Assembly (NCBI GenBank): GCA_017609175.1
Contig: JAFCEJ010000001.1
Span: 57,428-121,427 of the forward strand
Direction of reading: 5' to 3'
Length of the DNA stretch: 64,000 bases
DNA from: Candidatus Pacearchaeota archaeon
Lineage (GTDB): Archaea; Nanobdellota; Nanobdellia; Pacearchaeales; GW2011-AR1
Of the stretch, positions 35,762 to 45,930 are shown piece after piece. Each line of letters begins with the position of its first letter. Position 1 is the first letter of the stretch. Position numbers and translations under genes: made by a program. A model generated the notes under the pieces. It saw only the letters and a list, made by a program, of their open reading frames with translations. It had not been told where the DNA came from and did no database searches.

Positions 35762-38700
35762 ATGCAGACTAAACCAATTAGAAAACAAATAAGAGCAATT
35801 AAATTTAATCTTTATAGTCCTGAACAGATTAAAAAAGTTTCAACTGCAAAAATTGTGACACCAGAGCTTTATGATATTGATGGTTATCCTGTTGATGGCG
35901 GTTTAATGGATTTAAGACTTGGGGCAATCGATCCTGGTGTGAGATGTAGAACTTGTGGTGGAAGATTAAAAGAATGTTTAGGGCATCCAGGAAGTATTGA
36001 ACTGGCTCGTCCTGTAATCCATTTAAAATATGTTCCACTAATCGAGCTTGGACTAAGATGTTATTGTCATGAATGTGGAAAGTTTTTATTAGCAGATAAA
36101 GACTTAGAAAAATATACTCCTAATCAAAGAGTTAAAAAAGCAAAAGATGTAAAAAAATGTCCTCATTGTGGTGCTGTTCATGAAAAAGTAAGAGTCGATA
36201 AGCCTACAAATTTCTATATTGGAAAAAGAAGATTATTTCCTACAGAAGTAAGAGAACTGCTTGTAAAAATTCCAGATGATGAATTAAGAAAAGCAGGAGT
36301 CAATCCATCGACATGCCGTCCTGAATGGGCAGTATTAACCTATCTTTTAGTTCCGCCAGTAACTGTAAGACCAAGTATTATTTTAGAAACAGGTGAAAGA
36401 AGTGAAGATGATTTAACCCACAAACTTTCTGATATTATTCGTGCTAATCAAAGACTTTGGGAAAATTTGAATGCTGGTGCTCCAGAAGTTATCATTGAAG
36501 ATTTATGGGATTTACTTCAATTTCATGTTACAACTTTTTTTGATAATACTGTTACAAGAATTCCTCCGGCAAGACACAGAAGCGGACAACCATTGAAGAC
36601 AATTACAGAAAGAATTAAAGGAAAAGAAGGACGAATTAGAAAGAATTTAGCTGGTAAAAGAGTTAATTACTCTGCACGAACAGTTATTTCGCCGGATTCT
36701 TTTATAAGAATTAATGAAGTTGGTGTTCCTTATGAAATTGCAAAAATTGTTACTGTTGCTGAAACTGTGACTGATTTGAATATTGAAAGGTTAAAAAAAT
36801 TAATCATGTCTGATGAATATCCTGGAGCAAATTATGTTATCCGACCTGACGGAAAAAGAAAAAAAATCACTCCTGAACTTAAAGAAGAAATTATAAATGA
36901 AATAATTCCTGGATATAAAGTTGAAAGACATTTACAGGACGGTGACATTGTATTATTCAACAGACATCCGAGTTTGCATCGGGGAAGTTTAATGGCTCAT
37001 TTTGTAAAAGTTCTTCCTGGAAAAACATTTAGATTACATCCTGCAGCAACATTCCCTTATAACGCAGATTTTGACGGTGATGAAATGAATATACATTCGC
37101 CACAAACAGAAGAAGCGCGGGCAGAAGCTAAAGTTCTTTTGAATGTTAACAATAATCTTATTTCTCCAAAAAACAACACAAACATGCTCGGATGTAAAGG
37201 AGATGCAATTACAGGAATTTATCTTTTAAGTTTAGAAGAATTCTCAAAAGAAGAGGCAAATCAACTTTTATATCAGGCAGGTGTTGTCGCTAATTTCAAT
37301 AAAAAGAAAATTAATGGAAAGGAAATGATTTCGAAAATTCTGCCAAAAACATTAAATTACGACGGAAAAACAAAAACATGCTTAGGACAAGATTGCAAAT
37401 ATTATGGAAATTGTAAAAAAGATAAATGTCCTTATAATGCATACTTAAAAATAAAAAATGGGGAATTTATAAGTGGAAATATAGATGAAAATACTTTTGG
37501 TGAAGAGAACGGACTTTTAGTAAAAGCCCTTGATGAGCAAGTTGGAAGGGAAAAGGCAATTGAAGTTATAAAGAAAATTTTTGATTTGGGAACAATCTAT
37601 TTAACAAGAAGAGGAATTACGATTTCTGTTGAAGATTTGGATCTTGCTGAAGAAGTTGTGGAAGCAGGAAAGAAAGTTATTAATGAAGCTGAGAAAAAAG
37701 CAGAGGAAGTGGTTAAACAATATAATGAAGGAACTCTTGAAATATTACCCGACAAAACAAAAGAAGAATCACGGGAAATTAAAATATTAAAAATATTAAA
37801 TGAAATTAGAACAAAAATTGGAAAGATAGTCAAGAAAGAATTTCCAGAAGATAATCCTGTCAGCTATATGATAAAATCAGGTGGTGGTGGAAATATGTTG
37901 AATATTATTCAGATGGCATGTTGTGTTGGACAGCAAGCTCTTTGGGGGAAGAGAATTGACATGGGATTCACAGGCAGAACTCTTTCATTTTTCAAAAAAG
38001 GAGATTTATCACCTGTTTCAAGAGGATTCATAAATAGTCCATTTATAAGGGGGTTAAGACCAGAAGAATTTTTCTTTGGGGCAATCACTGGAAGAGATAG
38101 TCTGATGGATACTGCATTAAGAACACCAAAATCAGGTTATCTATATAGACGTTTGGCTAATGCATTCCAAGATTTAAGAGTTGAATACGATGGAACAATA
38201 AGGGATAGCAATAACAATATTATTCAATTTGTTTATGGTGATGATGGATTAGATATTTCTAAATTACATTTAAATGAAAAAATAAGCCCTGGAGAAGCGA
38301 TTGGAATTGTAACTGCACAGTCATTTGGAGAGCCTTCAACACAAATGGTTTTAAGAACTTTCCATTTCTCAGGTATTCAAGAAATGCAGGTTACCTCAGG
38401 ACTGCCAAGATTAATTGAAATCTTTGATGCAAGAAAAACCCCTTCAACACCATCTATGGAGATTTATTTAGGAAAGGAATATAACGACGAAAAACACGCA
38501 AAAACTTTCGCTGAAAAAATTAAAGAAGTAACATTAAAAGAAATTACATCAGAAATTGTTTTTGATTTTTCTGAGAAAAAAATTGAAATTAAAATTGACA
38601 ATAAAGCATTACGACAAGCGCATGTTTCAATTAACAAAATTATTGAAAAGTTAAAAGACTCAAAACTTAATGTAAAAGAAAAAGGAGATTTAATAATAGT

Positions 38701-39325
38701 AAATGCATCTGAACTTAGTTTCAAAGCAATTTATAAATTGAAAGAAAAACTCAAAGAAACAATAATTTCTGGTATTAAAGGTATCAAGCAGACTTTAATT
38801 GTGAAAAAAGATAGAGATTTTGTGATTATGACATTAGGAACAAACCTTAAGGAAATTGTTGAATTAAAAGAGGTTAATAAAGACAAAACAATTTCAAATG
38901 ATTTATATGAGGTTGCAGAAGTATTTGGAATTGAAGCAGCAAGACAATTAATAATTAATGAAATAAAGAAAGTATTGGAAACGCAGGGACTTGATATTGA
39001 TATCAGACACTTAAAACTTGCTGCCGACGCTATGTGCAATACTGGTGAAGTAAAAGGTGTTACAAGGATGGGAATTATTGCGCAAAAATCTTCTATTTTG
39101 GCTCGGGCGACTTTTGAAACCCCTGTAAAACAATTTGTCAATTCGACAATTAAAGGGACTAAAGATAATTTATCAAGTGTTATTGAAAATATAATCTTAA
39201 ATCAACCAGTGCCAATTGGAACAGGATTGCCTGGATTGTTAGTTAAAGTTACAGGCCCATTGGAAAAAAAGAAAGAAGAATTGAAAACTGCAAAAGAAGA
39301 GATAGTAGAAAAGGTTAATAAGTAA
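35762..39325 (+). CDS. rpoA: RNA polymerase largest subunit Rpo1, A' and A'' fused in one ORF
   Basis: 1187 aa. Zinc motifs CRTCGG..CLGH, the catalytic NADFDGDEMN, bridge helix GRDSLMDTALRT, and trigger loop GEPSTQMVLRTFHFSG are all in a single frame. Confidence 0.95.
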   Translation: MQTKPIRKQIRAIKFNLYSPEQIKKVSTAKIVTPELYDIDGYPVDGGLMDLRLGAIDPGVRCRTCGGRLKECLGHPGSIELARPVIHLKYVPLIELGLRCYCHECGKFLLADKDLEKYTPNQRVKKAKDVKKCPHCGAVHEKVRVDKPTNFYIGKRRLFPTEVRELLVKIPDDELRKAGVNPSTCRPEWAVLTYLLVPPVTVRPSIILETGERSEDDLTHKLSDIIRANQRLWENLNAGAPEVIIEDLWDLLQFHVTTFFDNTVTRIPPARHRSGQPLKTITERIKGKEGRIRKNLAGKRVNYSARTVISPDSFIRINEVGVPYEIAKIVTVAETVTDLNIERLKKLIMSDEYPGANYVIRPDGKRKKITPELKEEIINEIIPGYKVERHLQDGDIVLFNRHPSLHRGSLMAHFVKVLPGKTFRLHPAATFPYNADFDGDEMNIHSPQTEEARAEAKVLLNVNNNLISPKNNTNMLGCKGDAITGIYLLSLEEFSKEEANQLLYQAGVVANFNKKKINGKEMISKILPKTLNYDGKTKTCLGQDCKYYGNCKKDKCPYNAYLKIKNGEFISGNIDENTFGEENGLLVKALDEQVGREKAIEVIKKIFDLGTIYLTRRGITISVEDLDLAEEVVEAGKKVINEAEKKAEEVVKQYNEGTLEILPDKTKEESREIKILKILNEIRTKIGKIVKKEFPEDNPVSYMIKSGGGGNMLNIIQMACCVGQQALWGKRIDMGFTGRTLSFFKKGDLSPVSRGFINSPFIRGLRPEEFFFGAITGRDSLMDTALRTPKSGYLYRRLANAFQDLRVEYDGTIRDSNNNIIQFVYGDDGLDISKLHLNEKISPGEAIGIVTAQSFGEPSTQMVLRTFHFSGIQEMQVTSGLPRLIEIFDARKTPSTPSMEIYLGKEYNDEKHAKTFAEKIKEVTLKEITSEIVFDFSEKKIEIKIDNKALRQAHVSINKIIEKLKDSKLNVKEKGDLIIVNASELSFKAIYKLKEKLKETIISGIKGIKQTLIVKKDRDFVIMTLGTNLKEIVELKEVNKDKTISNDLYEVAEVFGIEAARQLIINEIKKVLETQGLDIDIRHLKLAADAMCNTGEVKGVTRMGIIAQKSSILARATFETPVKQFVNSTIKGTKDNLSSVIENIILNQPVPIGTGLPGLLVKVTGPLEKKKEELKTAKEEIVEKVNK

Positions 39326-39357
39326 TTTTAAAAAATTGATTTATTTTTCTGATAACT

Positions 39358-39372
39358 AAAGTTTTATAAAAC
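39358..39372 (+). promoter_or_regulatory. BRE/TATA-like box aaagttttataaaac
   Basis: Centre about 26 nt upstream of the nusA ATG at 39392. Confidence 0.45.
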
Positions 39373-39391
39373 CCCTCTCTCTTTTAGGAGA

Positions 39392-39808
39392 ATGGTGAAT
39401 GTTCTTGATATGAAAGATATTAGATACATAAATTTATTTGGAAAAATCACTAAAATAAGTACGCGTTATTGTTTTATATATAATGACACAATTATTTTTG
39501 CTGTTCCAAGAAGATTGGTTTCTAAAGCAATTGGCGAAGATGGAAGAAACGTTAAAAAGATAAATATGATAACTAAGAAAAAAATAAAAATTATTCCGAC
39601 ACCACAAGGAATTCATCACGCTAAAGAATTTATTCAGGCTGTTGTTAATCCCACAACTTTTAATGATTTGGAAATCACTGAAAAAGAAATCATAATCACT
39701 GCGGGCAATCAAAATAAGGCTGCACTTCTCGGCAGGAATAAAAGACGACTTTTAGAATTAAGAGAAATTGTCAGGGATTTCTTTAAGAAAGACTTAAGGA
39801 TTGTTTGA
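39392..39808 (+). CDS. nusA: archaeal NusA-like KH-domain protein
   Basis: 138 aa. AIGEDGRNVKKI and GRNKRRLLELREI are KH-type GxxG-like segments. Canonical position after rpoA. Confidence 0.8.
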   Translation: MVNVLDMKDIRYINLFGKITKISTRYCFIYNDTIIFAVPRRLVSKAIGEDGRNVKKINMITKKKIKIIPTPQGIHHAKEFIQAVVNPTTFNDLEITEKEIIITAGNQNKAALLGRNKRRLLELREIVRDFFKKDLRIV

Positions 39809-39855
39809 ATAGATAAATTTAAATATCTTTTATTATTATTAGTATTATAATCTTC

Positions 39856-39885
39856 CCTATCGTTCAGCCTATGTTGAGCGATAGG
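39856..39885 (+). other. 11-bp stem-loop (one G-U pair) between nusA and the NYN gene
   Basis: cctatcgttca-gcctatgt-tgagcgatagg. GC-richer than its surroundings, and ends 14 nt before the ATG at 39899. Confidence 0.5.
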
Positions 39886-39898
39886 ATTTATACTTAAA

Positions 39899-40438
39899 AT
39901 GAGTTCTGAAAAATGTGGGATATTTATAGATGGTGGTTATTTAAATAGAATATTAAAAGAATATTTTAATGAATCTAAAATAGATTATCTTAAATTATGT
40001 GAACAAATTTGTCTGGACTTGAAATTAAATAGATTGAGGACATATTTTTATCACTGTTTGCCAATAGTAAGGAAAAACAATAAAGAAGATTTAATTAGAC
40101 AATCAAATATGCAAAAATTTTTAACAAATCTAAAAAGGCTCCCTAGATTTGAAATTAAATTAGGGAGATTACAACTAATTGGAAACCAATTTAGGCAGAA
40201 AATGGTTGATGTATTAATGTCATTAGATATAGTAGATATGTGTTTTGATAATCAGATACAGCATGCAGTATTAATAGCCGGAGATTCAGATTTTATCCCT
40301 GCCATTAAAAAAGCTAAAGACTGTGGGGCGATAATCCACTTATACTATCATCCTTCATCAGTCCAGAATGAAATATTAGATATGGTAGATGAGTTACATG
40401 AGTTAGACTTAGAATTTATAAATAAATGTAAAATTTAA
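39899..40438 (+). CDS. NYN-domain (LabA/DUF88-like) predicted ribonuclease
   Basis: GIFIDGGYLN, KMVDVLMSLDIVD and VLIAGDSDFIPAIKKAKDCG match the NYN acidic-residue pattern. Confidence 0.75.
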   Translation: MSSEKCGIFIDGGYLNRILKEYFNESKIDYLKLCEQICLDLKLNRLRTYFYHCLPIVRKNNKEDLIRQSNMQKFLTNLKRLPRFEIKLGRLQLIGNQFRQKMVDVLMSLDIVDMCFDNQIQHAVLIAGDSDFIPAIKKAKDCGAIIHLYYHPSSVQNEILDMVDELHELDLEFINKCKI

Positions 40439-40527
40439 TCTAAGAAATTTATTAGAAAATCAAAGATTGTTTAAAATATTCTTCATAATGTATAAATTAT
40501 TATAAAAGGTGATTCTATTGGAATTTT

Positions 40528-40851
40528 ATGAAGGGGATAGCAGAAATACTAATTGGAAGAACATCTAGTGGAAAAAAATGGAAAACTGTTTTTACATTGT
40601 ATATTGGAGATAGAAAATTAATGTCTTCAAAAATAGATGAAACGGGTGGGGAAGATATAGAAGGAATAATTTCTAATTGTGAAAAAATCGCAAAAGATTA
40701 TGGTTTGAAAATGAAAAGTGAAGGTGTTTTTGAATATCATTTAATCAATGGCAAACAATCTCAGGGAAATAAAAAAGTTAAATGTGACTATGTCCCAAAA
40801 AAAGCGTGTTATGTTTTTATGAAAAATCTCTCTGATATGTTAATTGATTAA
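40528..40851 (+). CDS. hypothetical protein
   Basis: 107-aa ORF following the NYN gene. No motif recognised. Confidence 0.45.
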   Translation: MKGIAEILIGRTSSGKKWKTVFTLYIGDRKLMSSKIDETGGEDIEGIISNCEKIAKDYGLKMKSEGVFEYHLINGKQSQGNKKVKCDYVPKKACYVFMKNLSDMLID

Positions 40852-40970
40852 TTTATATAAAAATTACCGGGGTTTTAATTTCTAAAAATAATAGTTCGGA
40901 AGTTTTAAAAACCGATTTTATTATGATTATTTATTCTATATTAAATCAAAATAAAATAAGTTTAGATAAT

Positions 40971-41393
40971 ATGGGATTAAAATCAGCTCAGAAATTAATA
41001 AAAAAAAGAAAAAAATTTAGATGGAAAGATAGGCATTATAAAGTGAAAACTCTAAACCTTTATGCAAAATCTGACCCTTTGGAAGGTGCGAATCAAGCAA
41101 AAGGAATTGTTCTTCAAAAAGTTCAAAAAGAAGCGAAGCAGCCAAATTCAGCAATGAGAAAATGTTGTAAAGTTCAATTAACGAAAAATGGTAAACAGGT
41201 TACTGCTTTTATTCCTGGAAATTTGGCACAAAAATTTATAGATGAACACGATGAGGTTATGATTCAAAGAATTGGAGGAAAGCAAGGAAGGTCAAAAGGC
41301 GATATTCCAGGAGTTAGATATATGGTAATTAAAGTAAATGACCAGCCCCTTTCAAGATTGGTCGCTGGAAAGATTGAAAAAGGTAGACGTTAA
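40971..41393 (+). CDS. rps12: ribosomal protein S12 (uS12)
   Basis: [36 protein letters not shown] and [14 protein letters not shown]. The internal ATG 40971 (MGLKSAQKL...) fits archaeal S12 N-termini better than the track start at 40923. Confidence 0.9.
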   Translation: MGLKSAQKLIKKRKKFRWKDRHYKVKTLNLYAKSDPLEGANQAKGIVLQKVQKEAKQPNSAMRKCCKVQLTKNGKQVTAFIPGNLAQKFIDEHDEVMIQRIGGKQGRSKGDIPGVRYMVIKVNDQPLSRLVAGKIEKGRR

Positions 41394-41394
41394 A

Positions 41395-42000
41395 ATGTCT
41401 GAAAAAATACAATTTAAAATTTTTGATATGTTTGATGTAAGTGAAGTAAAAATAGAGGATGAAGGTTTAAAAAAAGTAATAAATCTCGATGCGCGATTAG
41501 TTTTAAAAGATGCTGGACGGAATGTTCAAAAAATGGGTAAGACAAAAATAAATATTATTGAGAGATTGATGAATAGAGTAGCAACTGCAGGACATCGTGG
41601 AAAAAAGCATAAGATTCAAAAAGGAAGAGCGACAGGCAAATATTCAAAAAATATGAAAATTGTTTTAGATGCTTTGAAATTAATTGAACAGAAGACAAAA
41701 CAAAATCCTGTTCAAGTTTTGGTAAAAGCTATTGAAAATTCTGCGCCACGAGACGAAACTACTGTTATTGAATATGGCGGTGCTCGTTATCCTCAAGCAG
41801 TTGATGTATCGCCGTTACGAAGAGTAAATTTAGCACTGAGATGGATAACACACGGTGCTTCAGATAAGGCATTTAACAAAAAAAAGAATATTACTCAAGC
41901 ATTAGCAGAGGAAATTATGTTGGCTGCAGAAAACAATGGTGAAAGTTTTGCAATCAAAAGAAAAAATGAATCAGAAAAACAAGCTGATTCAGCAAGATAA
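41395..42000 (+). CDS. rps7: ribosomal protein S7 (uS7)
   Basis: RLMNRVATAGHRGKKH, ENSAPRDETTVIEYGGARY and the RRVNLALRWI pattern. The ATG at 41395 follows the S12 stop. Confidence 0.9.
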   Translation: MSEKIQFKIFDMFDVSEVKIEDEGLKKVINLDARLVLKDAGRNVQKMGKTKINIIERLMNRVATAGHRGKKHKIQKGRATGKYSKNMKIVLDALKLIEQKTKQNPVQVLVKAIENSAPRDETTVIEYGGARYPQAVDVSPLRRVNLALRWITHGASDKAFNKKKNITQALAEEIMLAAENNGESFAIKRKNESEKQADSAR

Positions 42001-42044
42001 TTCGTTACAATAATTCTTATAAAAGAATATTTTGATTGTGTTTT

Positions 42045-42194
42045 ATGAAAAAATGTAAAAATTGTGAAACTTGCAATTATTCTAAAGAAAATAATCAAAC
42101 TTGTCAGAATGATTTTTTAGTAAGGGGGTATTGTGGGATAAGAAAAAATTTTGAATCTCCAAAAAAAGATTTTAGAAAAAAAACAATTGACTTA
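42045..42194 (+). CDS. candidate 49-aa Cys-rich micro-protein (MKKCKNCETCNYSKENNQTCQNDFLVRGYCG...)
   Basis: Open frame traced by hand in the 317-nt rps7-fusA spacer. CxxCxxC plus two further Cys. No obvious SD. Confidence 0.3.
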
Positions 42195-42317
42195 ATGATA
42201 CAATAAATTTAAAAACCATTTTCATTATTCTTATTTATTCTAACTTTTATAGAATATCAAAGAAGGTAACAAAAATCAAAATTCTAGCCTGATAATTTGG
42301 GCAGAAAGGAGTAAAAA

Positions 42318-44483
42318 TTGGCAGAAGATAAAACACAAAAGATTACAAAATTAATGAAACAGCAAGATAAAATTAGAAACATAGCAATTGCTGCACATAT
42401 TGACCATGGTAAGACGACTTTTTCTGATAATCTTTTGGCTGGTGCAGGAATGTTATCAGAAGAAACTGCAGGAAAACAAAGAGCTTTGGATTTTCACGAA
42501 GATGAGGCTTCAAGAGGAATTACAATTGATTCTGCTTCTGTAAGTATGATTCATAATGTTGGTGGAGAAGATTATTTAATCAATTTAATTGATACTCCGG
42601 GACATGTTGATTTCGGTGGGGATGTTACTCGTGCAATGAGAGCGGTTGATGGTGCAATTGTTTTGTGTTGTGCTGTTGAGGGGATTATGCCTCAAACAGA
42701 GACTGTTTTACGACAGGCACTAAAAGAATTAGTCAAACCTGTTTTATTCATTAATAAAGTTGATAGATTAATTAAAGAGGTTAAATTAACTCCCCAAGAA
42801 ATGGAAAAAAAATTTATCAGCATTATCGAACATGTTAATCAATTAATTGAAAACATTGCGCCAGAAGGTTATAAAGAAAAATGGAAAGTTGCTGTTGGTG
42901 AAGGAAGTGTTGCATTTGGTTCTGCATTTCATAATTGGGCTTTAAGTTTCCCATATATGAAAGAGAAAAATATAACTTTCAAAGATATAATTGATGCTTA
43001 TGAAAAAGATAATTGGAAAGAATTAGCTAAAAAAGCTCCATTACATGAAGTTGTTTTAAATATGACTATTCAGCACCATCCAAATCCTGTTGAAGCGCAA
43101 GAATATAGAATTCCAAAAATATGGCATGGAGATATTGATTCAGAAGTTGGAAAGTCTTTAAAAAAATGCGACCCGGAAGGCGAGCCTGCTTTTGTCTGTA
43201 CAAAAATTGTCGTTGATAAGCACGCAGGAGAAGTTGCTGCAGGAAGGTTATTTTCAGGGACATTAAAACAAGGTGATGAAGTTTATATGAATCTTGCTAA
43301 AAGAAAAGTAAGAATTCAACAGGTTTCTGTTTACAAGGGAGCACAGAGAATTGTTGTCGACGAAGTTTCTGCTGGGAATATTATTGGTATTGTTGGGTTA
43401 AAAGATGTTTATGCTGGTGAAACTGTTTCGAGAAATCCAATTGAACCTTTTGAAGCGATTAAGCATTTGTTTGAACCTGTTGTTACAAAATCTATAGAAG
43501 CGACAAAAGCTGCAGACCTGCCAAAGTTAGTTGAAGTTTTAAAACAAGTTGCAAAAGAAGACCCGTCTATTAAAGTTGAAATTAATGAACAAACTGGTGA
43601 AAGTTTGATATCAGGTATGGGTGAATTACATCTAGAAATTATTGAAAATAGAATTAAATCTGAAAAAGGCTTGGATGTTAAAACATCTCCGCCAATTGTT
43701 GTTTATCGTGAAACAGTTAGCAAAGAATCTGAAGTTGTCGAAGGAAGAAGTCCAAATAAGCATAATAGTTTTTTCATAAAAGTTGAACCATTAGATGAAA
43801 AAACTTACGAAGCAATCAAATCAGGAGAATTGCCTGAAATGAGAATTAAGAAAAAGAATCAGGAAATCTTTGATACTTTTGTAAAATTAGGATGGAATGG
43901 GGATGATATTAGAAATGTTAAGGATATCTATAAAGGAAATATATTTGTAGATGAAACAAGAGGGGAAGTTCATATCGGAGAGGTAATGGAAATGGTTCTG
44001 GATGCTTTTGAGTTTGTTATGGACTCTGGACCATTAGCCCATGAACCATGTATGAAAATGAAAGTTACCTTAGTAGATATCAGGCTTCACGAGGACGCGA
44101 TTCATAGAGGTCCTGCACAAATTTATCCTGCTGTTAGAACAGCGATTAAAGAAGCAATGAAAAAAGCAAATGCAACAATTTACGAACCAGTTCAAATCCA
44201 CCTAATTGAAGTTCCTGATAAATTCTTGGGTGCAATAACAAAATTAATTGGAAGTAAGAGAGGACAATTAATTAATGTTTCACAAGAAGGAACCAGTGCA
44301 GAAATAACAGCGAAACTTCCTGTTGCTGAAATGTTGGGTTGGAGTTCTGATTTGCGTTCAGCGACAGAGGGACGTGGTGTGTCATCGCTAAAAGACCAGT
44401 TGTTTGAAAAAGTTCCTTCAGATATGCAACCACAAATAGTTAAAAGAATCCGTGATAGAAAAGGATTAGAAGAGAATCAATAA
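42318..44483 (+). CDS. fusA: translation elongation factor aEF-2
   Basis: AHIDHGKTT, DTPGHVDF, NKVDR, and the diphthamide loop HEDAIHRG. TTG start preceded by aaaggag. Confidence 0.95.
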   Translation: MAEDKTQKITKLMKQQDKIRNIAIAAHIDHGKTTFSDNLLAGAGMLSEETAGKQRALDFHEDEASRGITIDSASVSMIHNVGGEDYLINLIDTPGHVDFGGDVTRAMRAVDGAIVLCCAVEGIMPQTETVLRQALKELVKPVLFINKVDRLIKEVKLTPQEMEKKFISIIEHVNQLIENIAPEGYKEKWKVAVGEGSVAFGSAFHNWALSFPYMKEKNITFKDIIDAYEKDNWKELAKKAPLHEVVLNMTIQHHPNPVEAQEYRIPKIWHGDIDSEVGKSLKKCDPEGEPAFVCTKIVVDKHAGEVAAGRLFSGTLKQGDEVYMNLAKRKVRIQQVSVYKGAQRIVVDEVSAGNIIGIVGLKDVYAGETVSRNPIEPFEAIKHLFEPVVTKSIEATKAADLPKLVEVLKQVAKEDPSIKVEINEQTGESLISGMGELHLEIIENRIKSEKGLDVKTSPPIVVYRETVSKESEVVEGRSPNKHNSFFIKVEPLDEKTYEAIKSGELPEMRIKKKNQEIFDTFVKLGWNGDDIRNVKDIYKGNIFVDETRGEVHIGEVMEMVLDAFEFVMDSGPLAHEPCMKMKVTLVDIRLHEDAIHRGPAQIYPAVRTAIKEAMKKANATIYEPVQIHLIEVPDKFLGAITKLIGSKRGQLINVSQEGTSAEITAKLPVAEMLGWSSDLRSATEGRGVSSLKDQLFEKVPSDMQPQIVKRIRDRKGLEENQ

Positions 44484-44589
44484 AATAAATATCGTCGGTA
44501 AAAAATAAATATAAATTTTCCAAACGAAAAGTTTTTAAACTAAATTTTTTATTATAACTTATTAAAAAATTCTTACAAGAATTTATAAC

Positions 44590-45879
44590 ATGGCAAAAGA
44601 AAAACCAAACATGAATGTTGTGTTCGTCGGTCACGTCGACGCTGGAAAGTCAACAATAGTTGGAAGACTAATGTTTGATAGTGGTGCTGTTTCTGAACAG
44701 GAAATGGCTAAACTAAGACAAGAAGCTGAAAAGCATGGTAAAGCTGGTTTTGAGTTTGCTTATATTATGGACAAGATTAAAGAGGAAAGAGAAAGAGGAG
44801 TTACAATTGATTTAGCTTACAAAAAAATTATGACGCAAAAATTCCAAATCACAATCATTGATGCACCAGGTCACAGAGACTTTGTTAAAAATATGATTAC
44901 TGGTGCTTCACAAGCTGATGCTGCTTTCTTAGTGATTGCAGCTCCATCTGGAGTTCAACCACAAACAACTGAACATTTATGGTTATTGAAGACTATGGGT
45001 GTTAAGAATATCTGTGTTGCAATTAATAAAATGGATGAAGAAGAAATTGGATATTCTGAAGAAAAATTCAATAAAGTTAAAGAAGCTGTTTCAGCTGAAC
45101 TTAAGAAAGTTGGTGTAAATCCTGAAACAACTACTTTTATTGCTTGTTCAGGATTAAAAGGAGACAATGTTGTTAAGAAATCAGAAAATATGCCTTGGTA
45201 TAAAGGTCCAACAATTTTAGAACAATTTGATTTGTTCCCTGCACCTGAATTGCCAACTGACTTGCCAATGAGGATGCCTTGTCAAGATGTTTATGATATT
45301 ACTGGTATTGGAACTGTTCCTGTGGGAAAAATTGAGACTGGTATTATGAAAGTAGGACAAAAAGTTAAAGTTCTTCCAGGTAGAACTGGTAAAGGAATTG
45401 AAGGTGAAATTAAAACAATAGAAATGCATCATGAACAATTACAAGAAGCACAAGCAGGGGATAATGTTGGTATTAATATTAGGGGAGTAGGTAAAAAAGA
45501 TATTGCAAGAGGAGATGTTATATGTGATGCTGCTCAACCAATTAAAGTTGTTGATGAATTCATTGCTCAGATTGTTGTAATCAACCATCCAACTGTTTTG
45601 GCTAAAGGATATACCCCAGTATTCCATGTTCACACAGCACAAGTTCCTTGTCAATTTGTAGAATTAATAGCAAAAATTAATCCAGCAACTGGTGAAGTTA
45701 TTCAAGAAAATCCAGATTTCTTGAAGAATGGAGACGCTGCTAAAGTCAGAATAAAACCAATGGGTAACTTATGTTTGGAAACACAAAAGGAAAATCCATA
45801 CATGAGTAGATTTGCTATTAGGGACGCTGGTCAAACAGTAGCAGCAGGTATGTGTATTGAATTAAAAGAAAAACAATAG
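44590..45879 (+). CDS. tuf: translation elongation factor aEF-1alpha
   Basis: [21 protein letters not shown], and canonical domains 2 and 3. Confidence 0.95.
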   Translation: MAKEKPNMNVVFVGHVDAGKSTIVGRLMFDSGAVSEQEMAKLRQEAEKHGKAGFEFAYIMDKIKEERERGVTIDLAYKKIMTQKFQITIIDAPGHRDFVKNMITGASQADAAFLVIAAPSGVQPQTTEHLWLLKTMGVKNICVAINKMDEEEIGYSEEKFNKVKEAVSAELKKVGVNPETTTFIACSGLKGDNVVKKSENMPWYKGPTILEQFDLFPAPELPTDLPMRMPCQDVYDITGIGTVPVGKIETGIMKVGQKVKVLPGRTGKGIEGEIKTIEMHHEQLQEAQAGDNVGINIRGVGKKDIARGDVICDAAQPIKVVDEFIAQIVVINHPTVLAKGYTPVFHVHTAQVPCQFVELIAKINPATGEVIQENPDFLKNGDAAKVRIKPMGNLCLETQKENPYMSRFAIRDAGQTVAAGMCIELKEKQ

Positions 45880-45930
45880 TTCTTTAGAGGGTTTAGGAAT
45901 AAAAAAGACAATTTTAATTTATGTGTTATT

